A DNA stretch of 64,000 bases from a virus. Positions 29,101-37,675 of this stretch are shown here, piece by piece. The DNA lies in the IMG/VR virus record IMGVR_UViG_3300028833_000010. One strand, 5' to 3'. The position numbers and the translations under genes were made by a program. Position 1 is the stretch's first letter, and each line of letters opens with the position of its first letter. The notes under the pieces were generated by a model, which saw only the letters and a list, made by a program, of their open reading frames with translations, was not told where the DNA came from and made no database searches.

Positions 29101-29728
29101 TGGGCAATTCTATTCGTTGGAAGAGTTCCTGAGTAGAGTACCTTCAAAAGTGAATAAAACTGTTGTAAAATGCCTTATAATTGCTGGAGCATTCGACCTT
29201 ATTGAAGACATCAAAAATCCAAGAGACAGAAAGAAACTACTGGAGAAGTATCTTGATATGAATGGTGATACTTTATCAGAGGAGTACTCAACGCCAGATA
29301 GTAATTCAAATGCTTTTTGGATTTTGGAGCAAAAACGTCTTACTGGTTTTGGAGAGGTTGATTATGAGAACATGATAAGGGATGCTATACCAAATAAGCG
29401 AATTGCTAACATATTCGTTAATGAAGTAGAGTTCTTGGCTGCTAATGAGAAGAAAGAAGTTGCTATTGCCGGCAAACTTATAACTTACAGGGAAAAAGAC
29501 ATTAAGACAGGAACAATGTGTACTCTGAATATAGATTGCAATAATACGATTATACCAGTACTCATGTGGCCAGATGCTTATGAGAAGATAGGAGAGAATA
29601 TTGCTGATATAAAGGGGTGTGTTGTAGCTATAAGCGGTACTGTTGAGAAAGATACTTGGAAAAACGAAAAGAAATTGTTTAGTAACAACAAAACAAAGTT
29701 ATATGTATTGTCTGACCATAAAAACTAA
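26177..29728 (+). CDS. dnaE: DNA polymerase III alpha (DnaE-type, family C) replicative polymerase
   Basis: PHP start FVHLGVHSEYEIMNG, palm motif MPDIDVDFPTEFRD, GTGRGSVCGSLVAYCLHITEVDPL, FNKSHAVAYS, and a C-terminal OB-like segment. A ~110-aa N-terminal extension precedes the PHP domain. Confidence 0.85.
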   Translation: MTETLAKWLEENKMTVSESELDGSDIITIDEIGTFLYLQPFDGKIIDEDFAFILSDEEFDVLDEKKVNYILFEFGGKFYYSGIKKDKNRYNELVFKPEFNDFKYLGKTSEPKVMDFVHLGVHSEYEIMNGSGSCELWAKKASFMECKAVGICDKNTLAGVLSFQTACEKKKIKSIIGETVTVAVNYSEDKQNQETFELKFFVLNYEGWKNLLLINKAINVDYNGFIPDTLLYTLGKGLCCVVPKESEFNYVKDDKKAAVKLIAKYKKVFDKVFYQIDTVEYVSQQLFRRHLENIDTYLCNYRKMLKPILINDSYYLDEEESGLKSILNKVNNKATPESNNQYFKSVADTINSYEEWIDNVEPLFEAIVTGIENASKLSDSIDFRINTGVRKLPHFEVKDVEGKFFEELEKGINERLGHLKPKEMNKYMKQIETECAVIVPNGLCDYFMILWDIIKWCHDNDINVGTGRGSVCGSLVAYCLHITEVDPLKYGLMFERFLNETRVSGERAKSADSMPDIDVDFPTEFRDAVKEYIKNKYGYAYTCSIGTYTRMKLKTCIKDFGKVKGLSFDLTNKLTKDIDDQIEYTWGDLIEYASKSKLLFKFVQENPELVHLTKYALLQPKAESVHPSAVVIVPKHRVDGSNAEIDLWEWMPVKKIDGVLVSEWEGKYIDKSGFLKEDILGLSQLDKFKSILTLIKKNTGKNIDLNKIPLDDEATFRYFKRGWNEDVFQFGTTGLMNYCRQVKPDTLENLVAMSALFRPGPMEMNAHQDFCDIKNGKKKPTYDFGMENITHETFGLYVYQEQIMKAVVVGGLTEVESDVLRTTIKKKDIKTLSSFGEKFKIGYTKLLEKNGIEKPKEYAERVWDKLLAFSGYGFNKSHAVAYSLISYWSQWLKVNYPLEFWTTALQFSKEGEVPYRLAELKKTGVDVEIRPPDVNFSDINFTCDSKEQRIFFSLTKIKGVGEVAVQNIMNTRREGGQFYSLEEFLSRVPSKVNKTVVKCLIIAGAFDLIEDIKNPRDRKKLLEKYLDMNGDTLSEEYSTPDSNSNAFWILEQKRLTGFGEVDYENMIRDAIPNKRIANIFVNEVEFLAANEKKEVAIAGKLITYREKDIKTGTMCTLNIDCNNTIIPVLMWPDAYEKIGENIADIKGCVVAISGTVEKDTWKNEKKLFSNNKTKLYVLSDHKN

Positions 29729-29753
29729 ATCGTAAATTAAAATTGATAAAATT

Positions 29754-30407
29754 ATGTTAGCGAAAATTTTCAATGGAGCTTATCTGAAAAGGCTTGATAA
29801 CATCAAGCAGTGGCAAGAAATGGACGTTTTCAAAGAGGAAAGCGTGAGTCAACATTCTTATAAAGTATCAATCTTTGGAAGGATATTACTTGAAGATATA
29901 TTTGGGTTTGATAACCAAGATGCGAAAGTATTGGCATTCAAACTTGATTGTGTAGATGCGTTTGCGTTCCACGATTGGGATGAAGCGTTGATACTCAGAG
30001 ATATGTCTCATGAGACAAAGTACAATAATTATAATGGTACTGAAATCAGACAAGCTCTCAATAACCTATCAAAACATAAAGCAATTGATGAGTTCAGAGA
30101 AGATGATGGAAATAATTGCGGTAATTGTAGTGCTTCTGCTTACTTGGTTATTGGCAATATTACACGTCAAGGAGATGATGTTAAAATCTTTTGTAAACTG
30201 GTTGATTGGTTAGCTCTTATCTTCTATATGAAAAGGGAACGTGAGTTGGGTAACAAGGGACTAAGTGCTCAATGGGAGAATGGTAAAGAAGAACTGAAAC
30301 AGGCTGTTACGAATGTAATTGAAATGTTGAATAGAAAGTTTGAAGGTTATTATTTGAACTTAACAGAATTAAATAACTTAATCAAAAATGTGTATGACGA
30401 ACATTAA
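29754..30407 (+). CDS. HD-domain phosphohydrolase (YfbR-like 5'-deoxynucleotidase candidate)
   Basis: ESVSQHSYKVSIFGRILL (the H of the HD domain) and AFHDWDEALILRDMSHETKY (the HD..E..D block), resembling the YfbR pattern. Confidence 0.5.
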   Translation: MLAKIFNGAYLKRLDNIKQWQEMDVFKEESVSQHSYKVSIFGRILLEDIFGFDNQDAKVLAFKLDCVDAFAFHDWDEALILRDMSHETKYNNYNGTEIRQALNNLSKHKAIDEFREDDGNNCGNCSASAYLVIGNITRQGDDVKIFCKLVDWLALIFYMKRERELGNKGLSAQWENGKEELKQAVTNVIEMLNRKFEGYYLNLTELNNLIKNVYDEH

Positions 30408-30417
30408 ACCGAAGGAG

Positions 30418-30693
30418 ATGACTAAAGAGAGTATAGATAGCATCTTCAATGGCATGAACGAATTGCTGGTAAAGAAAAACCATGATTACAAGGGAGCTTC
30501 TTTTGACCTTGGGATGAACGGCAATATGGTTCATTTATGGGACAAAGTTAGTAGGTATCGTAACATGGTAGAAAACAAGATGCGTGGAGAACAACCAAAC
30601 TTTGAAGGCATTGAAGATACGTTGAAAGATATTATCGGATATGCAGTGATTGGGCTACATATCTTGAAAGCCGAAGAAAACGAAAAGGAGTAA
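30418..30693 (+). CDS. All-alpha MazG-like / DUF1599-like (nucleotide-modification-associated) small protein
   Basis: KKNHDYKGASFDLGMNGNMVHLWDKVSRYRNMVE...EDTLKDIIGYAVIGL matches my recollection of the DUF1599/MazG-like pattern. I placed the start at ATG 30418, which is preceded by GAAGGAG. Confidence 0.4.
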   Translation: MTKESIDSIFNGMNELLVKKNHDYKGASFDLGMNGNMVHLWDKVSRYRNMVENKMRGEQPNFEGIEDTLKDIIGYAVIGLHILKAEENEKE

Positions 30694-30696
30694 CAG

Positions 30697-31218
30697 ATGG
30701 ACAAGAAACTCATTACAATTAGTGGCAAAACTTACAAGCTATTATTTGACAACTTTGATGAGGACATGGATATTGACTCTTTATTGAAGATAGATTATTC
30801 AAACCTTATTGGAGAGCTTGTAACATTCCCAGTAATTGTAAACCGATTTGGTCAATTACTTGCTGAAGCTGAATCTCAAGTTGCAGAAGCTAAACTCAAT
30901 CTGGAAGTATTTGAAGCTAAAACCAAAGAGAGATTGAGAAGTGAATTAGCAGCTGAAAATAACGGCAAAGCTCCTACTGTTGAGGCTCTCAATAATGCGG
31001 TTGTGGGTAACAAAGCTTACCAAGCAATGAGAAAGAAGTTTATTGAGGTTCAGAAAACAAGAGATTACATGAACTCAATCTTTTGGTCTGCTAAAGATAA
31101 GAGTGAGAAGTTGGACAAACTTTCTCTTACTGTTCAGCAAGGTGATATTACTGATTCGGTTATCGAAGGAAGAGTGAATGGCATCTTGATAAAGAGAACG
31201 AAAAAATTGATTGATTAA
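30697..31218 (+). CDS. Coiled-coil protein, possible UvsY-like recombination mediator
   Basis: 173 aa. It lies directly upstream of the SSB-like and RecA-like genes. Only a loose resemblance in architecture to UvsY. Confidence 0.25.
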   Translation: MDKKLITISGKTYKLLFDNFDEDMDIDSLLKIDYSNLIGELVTFPVIVNRFGQLLAEAESQVAEAKLNLEVFEAKTKERLRSELAAENNGKAPTVEALNNAVVGNKAYQAMRKKFIEVQKTRDYMNSIFWSAKDKSEKLDKLSLTVQQGDITDSVIEGRVNGILIKRTKKLID

Positions 31219-31245
31219 CAATAACATAGTAGATTTAAGAAAATC

Positions 31246-32592
31246 ATGGAAAAGAAAAATTCAAGCGGAGATTTGCGTTCACAGTTGAAAGCAACTCCTA
31301 TTAAAAAGCTGAAAAAGCGTGTCGATGAAGACAATGAAATGGTGGGCGGTAGCAGCAACGAGTATCTGAATTTGGAAGATGGAAAGACATTGAAAATTCG
31401 TATATTCCCAGCTCACCCTGGCGTTGAAGACTTTTATATTCCAAAGAAGTGTTACTGGCTTACAATTGCTGGTAAGGATGGAGACCCAAGACGTACTACT
31501 GTGCTTGACTCTAAGGTTCACGGAGGTACGAAGTGGGACTTGGTAGAAGAGTATGTAAAATTTGCTAAGAAGAAATGGGCAAAAGATGCAGATAAATTAG
31601 ATGCTCTTACAGGTACTGGTCAAAACCAAAACAGCCTCAATCCTTCTTACACTTGGTTGTGCTATGCTGCACAAGTTACGGCTGACGAAGAGTTGCGTGC
31701 TAAGTTGTGGGAGTTTAAGAAAATGGTTCGGGATGCGATGAACAAGTTGGCATTTTCCGAAGATGAGGATGAAGCAATTGAAGTTGACCCATTTACTGAT
31801 CCAGATGAAGGTCTGCCTATCTTGGTTAAGTATATGAAAAATCCAAACAAGAAGAAGGGTGAAAACTATTATGAAGTATCATTCCCGAAGAAGGTATCAG
31901 CAAGACCGCTTACAGATGAGGAAATTGAGTATTTCATGACTCTGAAACCGCTTACTGAAGTATTGCCTAAGTACGGAATGAGAGACTTTGAGAAAGCGTT
32001 GGAAGGTTTGCAGAACTTTGACGAAGAACATGAAATGGAATTGTTCGAGGATGATGCTTGGCTAGAACACGTTGAGGAAATCAAATCTCAGTATGATGCT
32101 GAAGATGATGAAGAAGATGATAAACCTTCTAAAAAGAAAATTTCCAAGAAAGTTACCAAAAAGGTAGTTGACGAAGAAGATGAGGACGAGGGTGATGATG
32201 ACTCCGATGATGAGGAAGAGGAGGAAGAAAAACCTAAGAAAAAGTTAGCGAAAGCTCCTGCTAAGAAAGCTGCCAATAAGGTAGAAGATGAGGATGAAGA
32301 AGAGGAAGAGGAGGAAGAGCCTGAGGATGAAGCAGACGAAGAAGAGGATGATTCAGATGAAGCTGAAGACGATGGCTTGGACGACATGGACAGAACTGAA
32401 CTGAAAAAGTATATCAATGAAAATGACTTGGAAGTATCGGTTAAGAAGTCTATGACGGATGACGACTTGCGTGAAGCTATTCGGGAAGCGATGAATAGCA
32501 ATGACTCTGATGAAGATGAAGAAGATGAGGAAGAAGCACCGAAAAGCAAAATTTCTCTGAAAGACATCAAGAAGAAACTTGCTGGAAAATAA
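31246..32592 (+). CDS. gp32-like ssDNA-binding protein with a greatly expanded acidic C-terminal tail containing an HeH motif
   Basis: N-terminal blocks align by eye with T4 gp32: TLKIRIFPA vs AVIRFLPS, SYTWLCYA...LWEFKKMV vs SYWANILV...VFKYRFGKKI, and VDPFTDPDEGLPILVKY vs VDVTCPWEGANFVLKV. The tail is about 170 aa of D/E runs plus MDRTELKKYINENDLEVSVKKSMTDDDLREAIREAM. Confidence 0.5.
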   Translation: MEKKNSSGDLRSQLKATPIKKLKKRVDEDNEMVGGSSNEYLNLEDGKTLKIRIFPAHPGVEDFYIPKKCYWLTIAGKDGDPRRTTVLDSKVHGGTKWDLVEEYVKFAKKKWAKDADKLDALTGTGQNQNSLNPSYTWLCYAAQVTADEELRAKLWEFKKMVRDAMNKLAFSEDEDEAIEVDPFTDPDEGLPILVKYMKNPNKKKGENYYEVSFPKKVSARPLTDEEIEYFMTLKPLTEVLPKYGMRDFEKALEGLQNFDEEHEMELFEDDAWLEHVEEIKSQYDAEDDEEDDKPSKKKISKKVTKKVVDEEDEDEGDDDSDDEEEEEEKPKKKLAKAPAKKAANKVEDEDEEEEEEEEPEDEADEEEDDSDEAEDDGLDDMDRTELKKYINENDLEVSVKKSMTDDDLREAIREAMNSNDSDEDEEDEEEAPKSKISLKDIKKKLAGK

Positions 32593-32625
32593 ATTTCATC
32601 TACTTTCATATTGTTAACAAACGAG

Positions 32626-32661
32626 ATAAGCCAGCGGTTGAAATATATCGTTGGCTTATTT
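32626..32661 (+). terminator. Hairpin between the SSB-like and RecA-like genes (terminator or attenuator)
   Basis: ATAAGCCAGCG (32626-32636) pairs with CGTTGGCTTAT (32649-32659): 11 bp including one G-U pair. Confidence 0.45.
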
Positions 32662-32679
32662 CATATAAAACAAAAGTTT

Positions 32680-33810
32680 ATGGCGAAAACAAAAAGCATT
32701 ATTGATAAGATTGTCGATAAATTCAACTCTGAGGACGTCATTAAGTTCTCTGATAAGGATGGATTCAAAGACGTGAAGAGCTGGGCACATACAGGCAGTC
32801 CTACGCTTGATTATAACCTTCGTACTTTCGGACTACCAACTGGCATTATAGAGATAGCAGGCAAGAGCCGTAGTGGTAAAACTACGTTGGGACTCATGGC
32901 TATGAAATACTTTCTTCAGGAAAATCCAGAAGATGGTATTGCTGTTATTCTTTCAAGTGAAAACCGAGACAATAAAGACTACGCATTACAGCTTGGTTTG
33001 CCAGTTCACAGAATAATTATAATCAAGGTAAAATATGTTGAGGCGATGTTCATGCAAGTTAAAAAACTTGTTATGGATGCTGATGAGGTATTGAAAGCCG
33101 AGAAGATGAAACCCAAGTTCTTCTTTCTTTGGGATAGCTTGGGAGCAACTCTGTCGAAGTCTGAGCTTGACACAATGGAAGAAAATACTAAGCTGTTAGA
33201 GAAGGAGCTTCAGAAAGGTTCAGATGTTGAAGACATTGAGTTGAAGAACGAGAAGATGATGGCATTCGCAAAAGAAGCTAAGAAGTTTGCGAAATCTATT
33301 ATGTCTGAAATGTACACCCATATAATGCACTTTGTAATGCTAAATCATCAGTACGAACAAAGTACTATGGGCATAACTACTCGAAAGAGTACTGGAGGAG
33401 AATGGGTTGAACTTATGCCTACTATTCGTTTGTCTATGAAGCTAATCAAGCATGAAAAGATTGACGATGTAGAAGTTGCTCAGATAACTGAAGTTAAGGT
33501 TGTGAAGAACGACTTTGGAAGCAGAAAGAAAACGGATATACGCATACTGCTTGGTTATGGTATAATCTTATCTCAAGATGATATTGACTATGCTTGTGAG
33601 ATGGGAATAATCAAGAAAGAAGGAGCAAAGAAAATGAGCTTTTTGAACGGAAAGTTGGAGTGGAGTTCTCCGAGAGAATTTTTCAAACATTACTACGACC
33701 ATAACAAACTGTTGGTAGTTCTTCATAACAAAATCAAGAAGTCTATGCAGAACGATTTGGTTGAGTTGAAGAAGTCTCTGGCTAATGGACTTGAAGAAGA
33801 GGATGATTAA
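32680..33810 (+). CDS. RecA-superfamily recombinase (UvsX/RadA-like)
   Basis: Walker A AGKSRSGKTTLGL and Walker-B-like FFFLWDSLGA. The context is a recombination module. I placed the start at ATG 32680 rather than the track's TTG. Confidence 0.6.
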   Translation: MAKTKSIIDKIVDKFNSEDVIKFSDKDGFKDVKSWAHTGSPTLDYNLRTFGLPTGIIEIAGKSRSGKTTLGLMAMKYFLQENPEDGIAVILSSENRDNKDYALQLGLPVHRIIIIKVKYVEAMFMQVKKLVMDADEVLKAEKMKPKFFFLWDSLGATLSKSELDTMEENTKLLEKELQKGSDVEDIELKNEKMMAFAKEAKKFAKSIMSEMYTHIMHFVMLNHQYEQSTMGITTRKSTGGEWVELMPTIRLSMKLIKHEKIDDVEVAQITEVKVVKNDFGSRKKTDIRILLGYGIILSQDDIDYACEMGIIKKEGAKKMSFLNGKLEWSSPREFFKHYYDHNKLLVVLHNKIKKSMQNDLVELKKSLANGLEEEDD

Positions 33811-33837
33811 CAGCGTTTATAAGGAAAATATGAATTT

Positions 33838-34923
33838 ATGAAGAAACAAGCAATTGGCATACTTGTAAATGATATTCATCTTGATAAGGACAATGGTGAG
33901 TTGGTGAAAGACATTTTTCGTCAGCTCATCAGTCTTTGTCGGGAGTATGACACTAAACGTATATTCTGCGGTGGGGATGTATTTACCAATCGTTCAGGTC
34001 AGCCGTTACAATGTCTGACTGATTGGAAGGATATACTGGTTATGTTATCTGAAGAGGACATTGAATTGCACGTTATTCCAGGCAATCATGATAAAACTGA
34101 TAGCGATGATGAGAAAAGTTACTTGGATGTTTATTCTGAGTCTTGTGTCCATTTGTACCGCAATGGCGTTTGGAGTATAATTGGCGGAGCTGTTGTAGCA
34201 TTCATTCCATATTTCAAAGACGATAAATGGCTTGAGGAATATGCTAAGATTAATGAGGACATAGAAGAAAATTTCAAAGATGGGGACATTGATGAAAACA
34301 CTCCTTTGTTTTTGATAACTCATTCAGGCTTTGATGGGGTAGTAAATAATGATGGTTCAAGAGTGTCTTCTATTATAAAACCTTCAATGTTTGAAATGTG
34401 GACGAAGGTATTGATTGGCCATTATCATAACGCTTCTAAGTTAGCGGATAATGTTATATATACTGGTTCTGCTTATCAAAATAATTACGGAGAGAATATC
34501 ACCGACAAAGGGTTCACAGTCATATTCGATGATGGTTCAATTAAATTTGTTCCTTCTAAATTCCCGAAGTATATCAAGGAAGTGATTGATGCTAACGACA
34601 AGGAGACTTTGATGAACCTTTTGGAAAAGTATGAAGACGAGGAGTATGACCATATTAGATTTATTTTTACTGGTAAGAAGGTAGATTGTCAAAAGATAAA
34701 CATTGCTGATATACAAGGAAAATATGGCATAGATTGCAAATTTGAGGCAACAGAAACAACAGATGCAATCGAAATATCCGAGTCAGACAGCGTTTTGAAT
34801 TACGATAAGAAAACAATAACAAAAGACTTCTTGAAGTTCTGTACCGAGAATAATATCAATGGTAGCAAGTTCAAGTATGGTTTTGATTTAATAAAGCAAA
34901 TGCGGTATGTGGAATCCAAGTAA
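33838..34923 (+). CDS. SbcD/Mre11-family nuclease (T4 gp47-like)
   Basis: Calcineurin-like phosphoesterase motifs: NDIHLD, CGGDVF, PGNHD, ITHSG, GHYH. Confidence 0.75.
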   Translation: MKKQAIGILVNDIHLDKDNGELVKDIFRQLISLCREYDTKRIFCGGDVFTNRSGQPLQCLTDWKDILVMLSEEDIELHVIPGNHDKTDSDDEKSYLDVYSESCVHLYRNGVWSIIGGAVVAFIPYFKDDKWLEEYAKINEDIEENFKDGDIDENTPLFLITHSGFDGVVNNDGSRVSSIIKPSMFEMWTKVLIGHYHNASKLADNVIYTGSAYQNNYGENITDKGFTVIFDDGSIKFVPSKFPKYIKEVIDANDKETLMNLLEKYEDEEYDHIRFIFTGKKVDCQKINIADIQGKYGIDCKFEATETTDAIEISESDSVLNYDKKTITKDFLKFCTENNINGSKFKYGFDLIKQMRYVESK

Positions 34924-36763
34924 AATTGAGATATATAATTTGTTTGCTCACAAGGAGTCAGTATATGACTTCAAGAACAATACTTGTACAGTTATCTTCG
35001 GAAGGAATGAAACTGATAGAGGTTTGGAGAATAATGGAGCTGGTAAGACCACCTTGTTTGAAGCAATTTGTATAGCTCTTACCAATGAGAGTCTACGAGC
35101 TATCAAGAAAGATAGTTTCATCAATCGGGATGAGGAAGAATGCAAAATTGTTTTCCATCTTTACAATCCTGTTCTAAAAATGAAGCTCTGTATCATTCGT
35201 CAGTTCTTTCGTGGTAATAAGTCAGCAAAGGTTGAGATATGGGAAAATGACAAATTGAATAAACAAGTCGTATCTGTAAACGAAGCAAACAAGCGTGTTC
35301 TTGAGCTTATTGGGATAAGTCGTGAAGATTTGCTAAGATACTTCATAATTAGTCAAGATAATCAATATACGTTCTTCACTGCCAGTGATAGCGAGAAGAA
35401 GGAGATAATGAACCGCATTACTTCTGCTGATATGATTAACCCAGTCATTGAAGAACTTGATTTGCGTTACAAAGAGAAGAATGCTGAATATAAGGGGATT
35501 GATGATGAGATTGGTAAGTTATCGGATAAGAAGGAACTATTGGTGGAGCAAAGAGAAGAAGTGCTTGCTAATGATAATACCGAAGAAGAGTTGAGCGAGC
35601 TATCTGAAAAGATAAATAAAGCTGAAGAAGAGATTGTTGAAATTGACGGCAACTTGGAAAAATGGCGTAGGGCGGTAAAAACAATAGAGGAACAAATTCA
35701 AGCAATAACTGTTGAAGATACTACTCAATTGAAGAAAGAACGAAAAAAGCTCAAAGAAGAAATAGAGGAGCTTGATTCAGAATTATCTGAGAATAAGAGA
35801 TTAGAGAAGAAGCTCAAAGCAGAGCTTGAAGATACCATAATTTGTCCGAAGTGTTCTCATGAATTCATACACGAGTCAGAGTTGAATTTGTCGCTTGAAG
35901 ATACTAAGTCATTGCTTAATGAAGCTCAAAGCGAGATTAAGAAGCAGAATAAGGAATATGAAGCAAAAGAAACTAAACTCAAAAATCTTAACAAGAAGAT
36001 AAAGGAAGCTGAGCAAGCCGAAGAACTTGTTGTAGAGATTGATGAAGAGAAAAGTAGTTATGAACGCAAAATCAAGAATAAGACGCAAGACCGTGCTGAC
36101 CTTCTTGAAAAGATAGCTAAATGGGAAAATGAGAAGAAAGCTATCAAGAAAAGAAAGAAGGATGACAAATTGTTAAACAGTCTTAACCAACGTATCATAG
36201 AATGCGATACTGAGATAGAGAAGCTAAACAAACAACTCCTACCAATCAGTGAAGAGATGGAGACAATTAAGTTTTGGCAGTTTAACATGGGACGTTCAGG
36301 GTTCATGACTTATCTTGCTAATAAATCAATCAAAATAATCGAAGGTATCACGAACAGCTATTTGAGAAAATTTGGCGTTGATATATCGGTATTGATTAAT
36401 GGTTTTACAATTCTAAAATCAGGAGAAGTCAGAGAAAAGATTGATGTGTTTGTTTTGAATGACGGAGTAACCGCTGAACAGTTCTTGGCTAAGTCAGGAG
36501 GTGAAAGAGGACGTGTTACATTAGCAGGAGTTCTTGGAATTCAGCATCTCATAAATCTGTCTACGAACGGACGTGGATTGAACCTTATTTGTTTTGACGA
36601 GTGCTTCCACGGAATGGATAGTAAAGGACAAGAAAATATCATCAAAATCTTTGAAAAAATGGGTATGACTATTTTGGTGATAACCCAAAATGTTAGTGAG
36701 TCTTTCAACAATGAGAACACGCTCTATGTGGTTAAAGAAAAAGATGTGAGCCGATATGTATAA
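34907..36763 (+). CDS. SbcC/Rad50-family ATPase (T4 gp46-like)
   Basis: Walker A NNGAGKTTLFEAI, a long coiled coil with a CPKCSHEF hook-like motif, signature SGGERGRVTLA, and Walker B LICFDE. Confidence 0.75.
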   Translation: MWNPSKIEIYNLFAHKESVYDFKNNTCTVIFGRNETDRGLENNGAGKTTLFEAICIALTNESLRAIKKDSFINRDEEECKIVFHLYNPVLKMKLCIIRQFFRGNKSAKVEIWENDKLNKQVVSVNEANKRVLELIGISREDLLRYFIISQDNQYTFFTASDSEKKEIMNRITSADMINPVIEELDLRYKEKNAEYKGIDDEIGKLSDKKELLVEQREEVLANDNTEEELSELSEKINKAEEEIVEIDGNLEKWRRAVKTIEEQIQAITVEDTTQLKKERKKLKEEIEELDSELSENKRLEKKLKAELEDTIICPKCSHEFIHESELNLSLEDTKSLLNEAQSEIKKQNKEYEAKETKLKNLNKKIKEAEQAEELVVEIDEEKSSYERKIKNKTQDRADLLEKIAKWENEKKAIKKRKKDDKLLNSLNQRIIECDTEIEKLNKQLLPISEEMETIKFWQFNMGRSGFMTYLANKSIKIIEGITNSYLRKFGVDISVLINGFTILKSGEVREKIDVFVLNDGVTAEQFLAKSGGERGRVTLAGVLGIQHLINLSTNGRGLNLICFDECFHGMDSKGQENIIKIFEKMGMTILVITQNVSESFNNENTLYVVKEKDVSRYV

Positions 36764-36814
36764 GCATCTCAAAGTTTATAGAGATAATATGAACAATGTA
36801 AACTTTTATTATAG

Positions 36815-37330
36815 ATGGAAAATAAAGAATGGATAAAATCCATAAATGACAAAAAGTTAATTGCAGTTGACCCTGGCAAAGAGGGTGGAATTGTAGTATT
36901 TTCACTTGATAGAAACGAGATAATAACAGTAATTCATATGCCTGAAACTCCTCAGGATTTATTGAATTTTATCACGAAGTATCAGAAGAATGCGACATGC
37001 TACTTGGAAAAGGTAGGAGGACTTCCAGGAATGGGAGGCAGTTCAATGTTTAATTTCGGAAAGGGGTTTGGTCACTTGGAAATGGCTCTTTTATGCAGAA
37101 AGATACCTACTATGGAGGTTACTCCTCAGAAGTGGCAGAAGGAGCTACAAGTGGGCAATAAAGGGAAGAAAACCACTACGCAGTGGAAAACTAAACTGAA
37201 AGAACGTGCTCAACAAATTTATCCGAGTGTAGGAGAGAAGTTCAACTTGAAGACAAAACAAGATTGGATGAGAGTTTCAGACGCTCTTTTGATTTTAGAA
37301 TACGCAAGAATAACAGAAAAACGAAGATAA
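36815..37330 (+). CDS. RuvC-like Holliday junction resolvase candidate
   Basis: The N-terminal KLIAVDPGKEGGIVVF resembles the RuvC/RNase-H-fold first acidic motif. Recombination-module context agrees. Confidence 0.45.
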   Translation: MENKEWIKSINDKKLIAVDPGKEGGIVVFSLDRNEIITVIHMPETPQDLLNFITKYQKNATCYLEKVGGLPGMGGSSMFNFGKGFGHLEMALLCRKIPTMEVTPQKWQKELQVGNKGKKTTTQWKTKLKERAQQIYPSVGEKFNLKTKQDWMRVSDALLILEYARITEKRR

Positions 37331-37332
37331 AT

Positions 37333-37671
37333 ATGGTAAAATTTGTTTGTAGAAACGAAGAGTGCAAGAGAAAGGGAGTTGAAGATGAATACTATTCAAA
37401 TACCTATCATATGGTTAACGGACATCTTCAAAGCAATAACGCTCCTTGTCCATGTTGCGGTAAAGTACGAGAGGAAATCAATCCAGCCGATGATATTCCG
37501 TTGAGTCAGAAAAATATCGACATTGCTAAGTATGGTAGTGCTTCACTTGAAGATAAAAGAGCAATGTTGAAGAAACGTTCTCATGACCATTATGAGAAAG
37601 AAATAAAACCTTTCAAGGAACATCAACTGCATGAGGCAGTTAAGCGATTTAAGGACGCAAGTAAGAATTGA
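37333..37671 (+). CDS. Zinc-ribbon protein
   Basis: CRNEEC...CPCCGK cysteine pairs. I placed the start at ATG 37333. Confidence 0.4.
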   Translation: MVKFVCRNEECKRKGVEDEYYSNTYHMVNGHLQSNNAPCPCCGKVREEINPADDIPLSQKNIDIAKYGSASLEDKRAMLKKRSHDHYEKEIKPFKEHQLHEAVKRFKDASKN

Positions 37672-37675
37672 CGGT

